64,000 nt of DNA from Dehalococcoidia bacterium (GTDB lineage Bacteria > Chloroflexota > Dehalococcoidia > Lucifugimonadales > UBA3495): positions 2,442,858 to 2,506,857 of the forward strand of contig OZ220699.1 in the NCBI GenBank assembly GCA_965116565.1. The letters run 5' to 3'. The position numbers were made by a program, and so were the translations under genes. This document shows positions 56,735 to 64,000 of the stretch, one piece after another; the first letter of the stretch is position 1, and every line of letters begins with the position of its first letter. Under the pieces are notes generated by a model. It did not search any database. It worked only from the letters and a program-made list of their open reading frames with translations, and was not told the DNA's origin.

Positions 56735-56992
56735 TCAGACCATCAGCGGTTCTTTGTGTTCGGTATGCGTGGCTGAAGCACTAATCGTGGTCGGTGGGAT
56801 GTTTATGCCGGGCTGTCGGCGGAATTCGCGCCCGCACTGAGCGCATTGGTGATACACTCCAAAAGTGTCTCTCATGCGGCAAACGTCGCCGCCGCATCGG
56901 GGGCACGCCTTACGCATCAATGACTTGCGGGACTTGGTCTGCGTCTGCATTTTTTTCAATCCTGACTGGTGGGCGAGGCCTGTGTTTCGCAT
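56735..56992 (-). CDS. Small zinc-ribbon protein (85 aa or 71 aa from ATG 56950), paralog 2
   Basis: CPRCGGDV...17 aa...CAQCGRE, with the shared core RD.(F/Y)G.YHQC.QC.RE. Basic N-terminus. Own terminator. Confidence 0.55.
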   Translation of the reverse strand: MRNTGLAHQSGLKKMQTQTKSRKSLMRKACPRCGGDVCRMRDTFGVYHQCAQCGREFRRQPGINIPPTTISASATHTEHKEPLMV

Positions 56993-57110
56993 CGTCGCGG
57001 GCTATGTGGTTCCATTTTACCGCCACTCAATTACCGGAGTATTACGGCGATCCCGCAAAATGCGCGGAAAACAGCATATCACCTTACGGTTTTCGTAACA
57101 AGGGGGTTGG

Positions 57111-57599
57111 ATGACCAATTTCACGGATCCGATCGAAATCCCGGACGATATCCTCGCGCGTGTTTATCGGGAAGCCCGTGGGGCGTTTCCTGCTGAGTGC
57201 TGCGGTTGGCTCACCGGTCCCGCCGACGGAAGCAACGTTGACTCTATTCGCCCGGCCGAAAACGATCAGGCCAGCGGATCTCATCCTACGGCATCGGAGC
57301 GAACGGCGGAGTCCGCTTACGTGTTCAACTCCTCTGACCTGATGGCTCTCAACCGCAGCCTGGATTCGGACACCCCGGCCCGCATCATCTATCACTCCCA
57401 CCCGAACGGCCGGGCATACCTCTCTGACACCGACCGCGCTGTCGCCACCAGCCCTTGGGGCGACGGTCCCGCGTACCCCGTGCAGCAGTTGGTTGTAGGG
57501 ATTGACGGAGCGCGCGTGGTTGAGTCCGCCTTGTTCGCCTGGGACGACGATTCCTGCGGATTCGTGGAATTGACGCGCTTCCCGGGGGCTGAAATCTAA
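57111..57599 (+). CDS. JAB1/MPN/Mov34 (JAMM) metalloprotease-family protein
   Basis: Upstream Glu (PAECCGWL) and the JAMM motif HSHPNGRAYLSDTD. About 160 aa. Confidence 0.78.
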   Translation: MTNFTDPIEIPDDILARVYREARGAFPAECCGWLTGPADGSNVDSIRPAENDQASGSHPTASERTAESAYVFNSSDLMALNRSLDSDTPARIIYHSHPNGRAYLSDTDRAVATSPWGDGPAYPVQQLVVGIDGARVVESALFAWDDDSCGFVELTRFPGAEI

Positions 57600-58153
57600 A
57601 CCTGGGGAACCACCGGATGCAGTTTCAAGCGTAAGTGCATCGGGTTCAGTTCCGGGTACGAACCCTCAGTTGAGCGGTTCGTTTCCGCGAACCCTATCTT
57701 CCGGTAAAAACTCACCGCGGCCTGCATGTGGTCTCGCGTCCACAGCTCCAAGAATCGACTGTGCCAGCGATCTAGGGCGTAGTCGATGCAGTGCTGCATC
57801 AGTTTTTTCGCTGTCCCGCCGCCTTGCTGCAACGGGTCCACTGCGACCCGCTGCAACTCCGCCCTGTCTTCGTCAAGCCTCATCACCGCGGCCATCCCGT
57901 ATGGCATGTTCTCCGCCGTTACCGCAACGAACAACGCACGGTCTGACCGGTCGATGAAAGACGGTGATATGTCCTTGAAATCGCCCAGGGCTCCCGCGTC
58001 GAGCATTCTGACCAACTGCTTCATCTGAGGGAGGCTCAGATCCGCCTTCAACGCGGCGTCCAGGTTGGCAAAGTAGTAGATCTTTTCTAATTCGTCCGCG
58101 TCTGCGGGTACGGCTGGTCTGATTATCTGTGTCTCTGGTGTCTCATACAACAT
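57596..58153 (-). CDS. GNAT-family N-acetyltransferase
   Basis: LQRVAVDPLQQGGGTAKKLM (acetyl-CoA motif A) and a C-terminal FYRKIGF. Confidence 0.75.
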   Translation of the reverse strand: MLYETPETQIIRPAVPADADELEKIYYFANLDAALKADLSLPQMKQLVRMLDAGALGDFKDISPSFIDRSDRALFVAVTAENMPYGMAAVMRLDEDRAELQRVAVDPLQQGGGTAKKLMQHCIDYALDRWHSRFLELWTRDHMQAAVSFYRKIGFAETNRSTEGSYPELNPMHLRLKLHPVVPQV

Positions 58154-58200
58154 GGAAAGTTATCGCATCCTCGTTTGTATGTTGATAGGTTGATCTTATG

Positions 58201-59217
58201 TCACGTGGTTGGCGCTCCCAGGGACGCGACCCAAACCGCGCCCACGACGTACGCGGACGCCATGATCGCCAGCCCGGCTACGAGCAACGGCTGCGGGAAT
58301 CTATTGCGACCCCAAAGCATCAGGCCGCCGAACAGTATCAGGCCGGCCGCGAAAAGGCCTGCTACGAAGTGCTCGGGTTCCGGGTTGTTCAGCACAATTC
58401 CTTTTCTATAGAACGGATCGGCATACGACAGGATCGTTATATTGAACACGCAGCTTCCGTATAGTCCGGCCACTCCCAGGTCTGCGGCCCCCATTCTTGC
58501 CGCTGCGACGGTGGCTGAAGCTTCCGGCATGGTGGTCACGATTGAGACCGCCAGGATTCCAAGCACGCCGGATGAGATTCCTGTGAGATCCGCCACTCGG
58601 TCCACGCTTTGCGCGAGGAAAACGCCGGCGACGATGACGCCAAGCGACACCAGGCCGAACATGATCCAGGCCTTGCTGAGTGTTATGCCCGTGTCTTCTT
58701 CCTCATCCTCATCTGCGCCCGCCGGGCGACGCTGGTACACGAACCACATCCCGATCAGGTAAACGATCAAAAGAATTATGGACGACAGGCCGATCTGCCA
58801 GACGTTGATTCCGTTCTTCAAGCCCGCAAATAGCACAGCCAAACCGGTCAACACTGCGGCTAAGACGATCAGGTAGCCCTGCTCCGGGGCCACTCGCTGG
58901 AGGAACCTCTTGCCTCCGAAAACCAGGGCCACCATGGCCAGGGTGAACATGTTGACCATGTTGGCCCCGACTACGTTGCCCAGAGCGAGCTGCGGGTTGT
59001 CGATCTGCACCGCTGTGATGTTGTTGGAAAGTTCGGGTAGCGAGGTCGCCAGCGCGACCAGGATGCTTCCCACGAACAGGCGACCCCAGCCCGTCAAAGT
59101 GGCTAGCGCATCGCCATATTTCGCAAGCTGCACGCCGAGAAATACGACGGCCACCGCGCTGGCAAGGAAAACGATGATGGCAACGGTGAGGCCAACGCTG
59201 CCCAGCAAGTTGAACAC
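58201..59217 (-). CDS. Sodium/calcium exchanger (CaCA/YrbG-like) membrane protein
   Basis: Two alpha-repeats: ATSLPELSNN...GNVVGANMVN and TTMPEASATV...GSCVFN. GTG start. Confidence 0.78.
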   Translation of the reverse strand: MFNLLGSVGLTVAIIVFLASAVAVVFLGVQLAKYGDALATLTGWGRLFVGSILVALATSLPELSNNITAVQIDNPQLALGNVVGANMVNMFTLAMVALVFGGKRFLQRVAPEQGYLIVLAAVLTGLAVLFAGLKNGINVWQIGLSSIILLIVYLIGMWFVYQRRPAGADEDEEEDTGITLSKAWIMFGLVSLGVIVAGVFLAQSVDRVADLTGISSGVLGILAVSIVTTMPEASATVAAARMGAADLGVAGLYGSCVFNITILSYADPFYRKGIVLNNPEPEHFVAGLFAAGLILFGGLMLWGRNRFPQPLLVAGLAIMASAYVVGAVWVASLGAPTT

Positions 59218-59236
59218 GGGGTCGGTCTCCGCGGAT

Positions 59237-60328
59237 CTACCCGATGGCCTGGGCGATGAGGTCGCCCATCGCGACCGTGCTCGTTACGGTATCGTCGGCG
59301 GTAGCGATATCCGCGGTCCGGTAGCCGTTCTCCAGGGTTGTCTGCACCGCCCGCTCAATCGCAGCAGCCTCCTCCGTCAGACCCAGCGAATACCGGAGCA
59401 TCATCGCTGCGCTCAGGATCGACCCGCACGGGTTGGCAATGCCCTTGCCCGCAATGTCGGGCGCGGTGCCGTGTATCGGTTCGTAGAATCCGGAAGTGCG
59501 AGCGCCGTCTTGCGGAACACCCGATAGACTCGCCGATGGCAGGAGGCCCATCGATGCGGCCAGTATCGCAGCTTCGTCCGTGAGAATGTCCCCGAAGGTG
59601 TTCTCCGCGACAATCACGTCATAAGACGCCGGCCTCAGCACGATCTGCATCGCGCAGGCGTCGACCAAGGCGTGCTCCAGCTCGATGTCAGGATACTCTG
59701 AGGCTAACCGCGTCGCCGTCGCTCGCCAGAGGCGCGAAGTCTCCAGCACGTTGGCTTTGTCCACGGAAGTCAGCTTCTTTCGCCGACCCCGGGCGAGTTC
59801 GAACCCCACGCGGAGGACCCGCTCAATCTCTGACTCCGAATACCGCATCGTATCCACGCCTACGATGCCTTGAGGGGTCTCGGTCCGCCCCTTGGGTTGG
59901 GCGTAGTAGAGGCCGCCCGTGAGTTCCCTCACCACCACCATGTCCACGTTCTCGAGCACATGCGGCTTGAGCACGCTGGATCCCGTGAGTTCCGGATATA
60001 CCTTTACCGGCCGTATGTTGGCGAACACGTTCAGGTGCGCTCGCAACGCCAGCAGCCCATCCTCGGGACGTGTGGGCGCGGAGGGGTCGTCCCATTTCGG
60101 ACCACCGACCGCTCCGAACAGCACCGCGTCCGCCGACGTTGCCAGGTCACGAACCTCGTCTGTCAGCGGAGTTCCATGCCTATCGATCGAAATGCCGCCC
60201 ACGTCGCCGTGCTCCAGTGCGAACGTGTGGCCAAACGCCCGCGCCACCGCTTCCAGGGCCTTGACACCCTCTGCGGTCACCTCGGGACCGATACCGTCGC
60301 CACCGAGTACGGCCAAATTGAAATCCAT
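59237..60328 (-). CDS. leuB: 3-isopropylmalate dehydrogenase
   Basis: LAVLGGDGIGPEV..., VRELTGGLYY, NTFGDILTDEAA, GSAPDIAG-like HGTAPDIAGKGIANP. ATG 60328 is preferred. Confidence 0.9.
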   Translation of the reverse strand: MDFNLAVLGGDGIGPEVTAEGVKALEAVARAFGHTFALEHGDVGGISIDRHGTPLTDEVRDLATSADAVLFGAVGGPKWDDPSAPTRPEDGLLALRAHLNVFANIRPVKVYPELTGSSVLKPHVLENVDMVVVRELTGGLYYAQPKGRTETPQGIVGVDTMRYSESEIERVLRVGFELARGRRKKLTSVDKANVLETSRLWRATATRLASEYPDIELEHALVDACAMQIVLRPASYDVIVAENTFGDILTDEAAILAASMGLLPSASLSGVPQDGARTSGFYEPIHGTAPDIAGKGIANPCGSILSAAMMLRYSLGLTEEAAAIERAVQTTLENGYRTADIATADDTVTSTVAMGDLIAQAIG

Positions 60329-60642
60329 GAGAGTCTGCTCCCGGACCGAGCCGTTTTCCAAAAAGAGGCTCAAACGAGCCGACGGGTAGTATAGCCTACG
60401 AACTCACGACCATCAAACGAAACTTCCGACCACCATCCCAGGCTACCGCTGGAACAACGACGCCTCTCACGCCTCCAAACTGGGCACCGCCGTCGTTGGG
60501 CCAGCGGCTCCGCCGTGCGCACCGCTCTCCCTTGTGCCTCCAGGCGTTCAGGCATTGAACCTCTCTCGGGATGGTGTAACCCGGTGTCTATACATTCCAA
60601 CTCCCGTGGATATGGGCAATAAGTGCCACAGGGTTGCCATGG

Positions 60643-61823
60643 CTATCGCGCATGGATGTTGGAAAATTGGGACAGGATGCTAATGAGGAAGCTATCGTCC
60701 CAACCGGCCCGTTTCAGTGTGCCTCGCATGGACCCTTTGCTGGGCTCCAAACGCGCCAGGTTCAGCGATAGTTTCCGCAGCAACGCCACGTTCTCAGCGC
60801 AATGTCCCGTCCGGTTGTGCGCCTGACCCTCGTTGCAGGTTGCGTCCAGCGCCCAATGCAGTCCGTTCTCGATCCTCCAATGGCCCCGCACGACGGCGTT
60901 GAACCGGGCCGGTTCCAGCGCCGTGCTGAGCAGGTAGTAGCGGGTTTGCTCGCTCGCCTGGTCGTCCTTGCGCCGAATCGCCCTGACCTTGCCCACCGCC
61001 TGTAAGCCGGGCCAGTCGTACCATTGCTGCAACCAGGACACATCTGCGCTGTTGTTGGCGATGCGGGTGTCGATACGGCCGTGCCCCTTGCTCACCTGAG
61101 TGTCTTGCTGCGTCGGCGTGGCGCCGTCGTCCGGAAACAGCGCCGCATCTTCATGCAGACTGCCCTGGTTTCCCTTGAGGGCCAGCACGTAATCCCCACC
61201 CTGTTCAACCACCTGCTCCGCAATTTGGCGCTGGCAATGCATGGCGCGATTGGTCAAAAATCGGGGTAACCACCTTGCCCCGTAGAGCAAGCATCTCCAG
61301 CAGCTTGGGCACGGCGATAATCTCATTGGACTTGTCGTCGACGGACAGCCGCCCAAAGCCAGCCGCTGCTCGGCGGCCCACGCGCTCACCAGATGCAACG
61401 GCGAACGTTCCTCTGCTCGGTCATTGGAACGACGCAAGGTCTTGCCGTCCACGACGATCAGGCCCTCGCCATCCGCGGTAAAGCTCGCCGTGAATCCCAC
61501 GAACCATTGCTCAAAGGCCACCGGGTCCAGCATGCCCAGCGTCCTGGAGAAGGTGTCATGGCTGGGAACTCCGTGCTGGGAATTCCGTGGTCCAACGACA
61601 GAAAGGACTCCAGCAGTTCCCGCTTGGCGTGGCCCAAGAGTTCCATGTCAGCGCAGGTCTCACCACCGCTGAACATGGTGCAAAAGGCGATGTCCGGAAT
61701 GTCGTGCCGGGAATGGAGCCAAGCATTGGGTGCCCGGGGGTCTTCCAACCCTCCGAAAACGCCTTTCCCAACGTCGATCATGCTCATCAGCCCACCTTCC
61801 CCGCTCAGGAATTCCATCGCCAA
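60643..61823 (-). mobile_element. ISAs1-family (H-repeat-associated) transposase gene, disrupted by frameshifts (pseudogene)
   Basis: The N-terminal part (61458-61823) reads FGGLEDPRAPNAWLHSRHDIPDIAFCTMFSGGETCADMELLGHAKRELLESFLSLDHGIPS. The C-terminal part (60643-61533) reads LDPVAFEQWF...LVSAWAAEQRLALG...DYVLALKGNQ...RGHWRIENGLHW. The two are in different frames, and an internal segment is also out of frame. Confidence 0.8.
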
Positions 61824-61975
61824 ACATCCTATCCGAATCCGGCGATTTTCATATGCGATAACCCTGACAGCGTTGCGGTTTTCGTTGACAGGCCCGGCGG
61901 TAGTCTTTACAATTTTGCCATCAGCCAGTCTCGTGCTGGCACGTTTTTGTGCATATTAAAGGAGGCCCTCGCAAG

Positions 61976-63106
61976 ATGACCACCACCAACAAAAGCCGGT
62001 CCCTCGTGGTGATCCAGTTAGCTGGCGCCAATGACCCGTTGAATACCGTCATCCCCTATACGGATGGACTGTATTATGACTTTCGCCCCAACGTGGGCGT
62101 CCCCACCGACCAGGTTATACCCATCGACGGGCGGTTTGCTTTCAATCCCAATATGGCTCCCATCAAAGCCCTTTGGGATGAAGGCAAGGTCGCCATAGTC
62201 AATGGCATTGGATACCCGAATCCGACCCGCTCGCATTTCCGCAGCATGGACATCTGGCACACGTGCGAGCCGGAAAAGATAGCCACCGAAGGATGGTTGG
62301 GCAGGGTCATACGCGACCTTGACCCCCACGGTCAGAACGTCATCACCGGTGTGAATTTCGGACGCGGTTTGCCTCGCTCCATGGGCGCTCCCGGCGTCCC
62401 GGTCGCATCCGTTGGCAATCTCGAAACTTACGGACTATTCCCCGACGTTGAGGAAGAGCGCATCCGCGGCCTGTGCCTCGATGCGTTTGGAAAGATGTAC
62501 GGCGGCACCATCCAGGACGCGGTCATGGACTACCTTGGCCAAACTGGGCGTGATGCGCTCAAGGGCGCCGACATCCTGCGTACCGCTCCCGAAAGCTATT
62601 CGTCCTCCATCGAATACGCCGACAATCCGATCTCCCAGGCCCTCAAGAACGCCGCGCAAGTGATGTCCGCCGACCTCGGCACTCGCATCTATTACACCCA
62701 GCACGGCAGTTTTGACACCCACGGCGACGAGGTCAACGTGCACGGCGGTCTGTGGAGTCAGGTCGCCGGCGCCGTCAGCGATTTCATGGCCGACCTGGAG
62801 GAACACGGCAAGGCGGACGACGCCATCGTCCTCATCTGGACGGAATTCGGTCGACGCATCCGCGACAACGGTTCGGGGACCGACCACGGCTCCGGAGGCA
62901 CCGCGTTCATCATAGGTAACCAGATCGACGGCGGTTTCTACGGCGAATACCCGTCGCTGGCCGAAAAGGACCAGTTGGACGGTGACCTGCACTTTAACAA
63001 CGATTTCCGTTCCACCTATTCGACCATCGCTGACCGGTGGCTGGGGCTGGATCCCGTCCCCATCGTCAACGGGCAATTCGAGCAGTGGGACTTCGTCCGC
63101 AGCTAG
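61976..63106 (+). CDS. DUF1501-domain (sulfatase-fold) protein
   Basis: AAAGGAGG RBS before ATG 61976. ...VVIQLAGANDPLN...RSHFRSMDIW...GSFDTHGDE...GTDHGSGGTAFIIG. Confidence 0.85.
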   Translation: MTTTNKSRSLVVIQLAGANDPLNTVIPYTDGLYYDFRPNVGVPTDQVIPIDGRFAFNPNMAPIKALWDEGKVAIVNGIGYPNPTRSHFRSMDIWHTCEPEKIATEGWLGRVIRDLDPHGQNVITGVNFGRGLPRSMGAPGVPVASVGNLETYGLFPDVEEERIRGLCLDAFGKMYGGTIQDAVMDYLGQTGRDALKGADILRTAPESYSSSIEYADNPISQALKNAAQVMSADLGTRIYYTQHGSFDTHGDEVNVHGGLWSQVAGAVSDFMADLEEHGKADDAIVLIWTEFGRRIRDNGSGTDHGSGGTAFIIGNQIDGGFYGEYPSLAEKDQLDGDLHFNNDFRSTYSTIADRWLGLDPVPIVNGQFEQWDFVRS

Positions 63107-63157
63107 GTCGCATTGCGCGACGTTGAACCCATCTAAGTCATAACTGAGGAGGCAATT

Positions 63158-64000
63158 ATGAGTAGTGCCGACATTGCCTTGATGGCTCACCTGATGCGGC
63201 GAGCCGGATTCGGCGCAAGCCGAGACGAGCTGGAACAGAGGGTGGCCCAGGGCTATGAAGCCGCGGTGGAGGATCTGCTCCATCCCGGCGACGCCAACAC
63301 AATGCCCGACGACGTCATCCGTCGCTACCACTCCGAAATGGGCGAGATGCGCGAACTGAACAGCGCCGGAGCCTATTGGATGTACCGGATGGTCACCACC
63401 GACAACCAGTTGGAGGAGAAGCTTGCCCTGTTCTGGCATGGCCTGTTCGCCACCGGCTACTCCAAGCTGAACCAGGCGAGCGCGTTGACCAACCAAATCA
63501 GGACTTTCCGCAATCACGCCTTGGGTTCCTTCCGGACCATGCTGGTGGAATTGTCCAAGGATCCGGCCATGATCATCTGGCTGGACAACCACGACAACCA
63601 CAAGGATGACATCAACGAGAACTATGGCCGTGAGCTGCTTGAACTCTTCTCGATGGGCATCGGCAACTATACCGAAGACGACGTAAAAGAGTGTGCCCGC
63701 GCCTTTACCGGCTGGACACTGGGCAACGCCGAGTACATGTCCACCAGGGCCAGCAGGGACTCCATATGGCCGTACAGCCGCATCAACTGGCACTTCAACT
63801 ACCGCGAACACGATCACGACGACGGCGAGAAGACATTCCTCGGCCACACCGGCAACTTCAACGGCGATGACATCATCGACATCATCGTGCAACAGGAAGC
63901 AACGGCGCGCTTTATTAGCACCCGCCTGTTTCAATTCTTTGCCGCGGACGAGGTTGATGAAGCCGGAGAAGTAGTCATTGAAGAAATGGTGCGGTCCTAC
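63158..64000 (+). CDS. DUF1800-domain protein (5' partial, continues past the window end)
   Basis: GAGGAGG RBS before ATG 63158. The frame stays open to the window end: LMRRAGFGAS...EKLALFWHGLFAT...NENYGRELLELFSMGIGNYTEDDVKECARAFTGW. It is not in the ORF track because it has no stop in the window. Confidence 0.85.
   Translation, partial: MSSADIALMAHLMRRAGFGASRDELEQRVAQGYEAAVEDLLHPGDANTMPDDVIRRYHSEMGEMRELNSAGAYWMYRMVTTDNQLEEKLALFWHGLFATGYSKLNQASALTNQIRTFRNHALGSFRTMLVELSKDPAMIIWLDNHDNHKDDINENYGRELLELFSMGIGNYTEDDVKECARAFTGWTLGNAEYMSTRASRDSIWPYSRINWHFNYREHDHDDGEKTFLGHTGNFNGDDIIDIIVQQEATARFISTRLFQFFAADEVDEAGEVVIEEMVRSY

Noticed and set aside
60618-60647. Terminal inverted repeats and target-site duplication of the ISAs1 element
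   Set aside because: Only a short, interrupted match (CAGGGTT...ATCGC) to 61858-61880 could be found by eye. It is not strong enough to define the element ends.

Overview
This is a high-GC (by eye roughly 60%) bacterial chromosomal segment, densely coding on both strands with about 60 protein genes. I found no rRNA, tRNA or CRISPR array. All calls rest on reading the translations and sequence by eye; no searches were run.

Gene content is mostly housekeeping, redox and catabolic:
- a coaE / CbbQ-NorQ-type AAA+ / NUDIX / CbbO-NorD-type VWA operon
- a family-5 ABC importer (binding protein plus 2 permeases)
- rimI, an EndoQ-like nuclease, and selA
- an acyl-CoA dehydrogenase
- dcd-ribD-ribE-ribB-ribBA
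- prfB with its +1 frameshift, and thrS
- thioredoxin-fold genes, an aminotransferase and an MFS transporter
- a peroxiredoxin, a nucleoside hydrolase and a Zn-ADH
- several alpha/beta hydrolases, a type II haloacid dehalogenase (HAD superfamily) and an LLM (luciferase-like monooxygenase) oxidoreductase
- pstCAB-phoU
- a ferredoxin-type sulfite/nitrite reductase plus a HemD-like gene
- radC, a TPP enzyme, nnr, acpS, metF, an enoyl-CoA hydratase and leuB
- a decayed ISAs1 element
- a DUF1501/DUF1800 pair running off the right edge

The most notable observation is two tandem TlpA/thioredoxin-like lipoprotein genes (24881-25744 and 25788-26393, minus strand).
- Each is split in the ORF track by an in-frame TGA exactly at the first Cys position of the WCxxC redox motif (FATW-TGA-PxC).
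- Each TGA is followed at identical spacing by the same small hairpin, with a compensatory base-pair change between the two copies.
- I read these as selenocysteine (UxxC) proteins with SECIS (selenocysteine insertion sequence) elements, consistent with selA 11 kb away.

Other items worth a second look:
- the MoxR-VWA operon carrying CoA-related genes
- a PstC with an FN3-like domain inserted in its first external loop and no pstS in the window
- a promoter-plus-terminator leader upstream of the sulfite reductase
- tandem ribB/ribBA
- a DUF5678-like/retropepsin gene pair
- paired small zinc-ribbon genes next to an orphan JAMM protease
- GC-rich hairpin repeat elements and a roughly 0.9 kb ORF-less region

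The gene mix suggests a marine Chloroflexota-like (SAR202-like) organism, but that is inference only.
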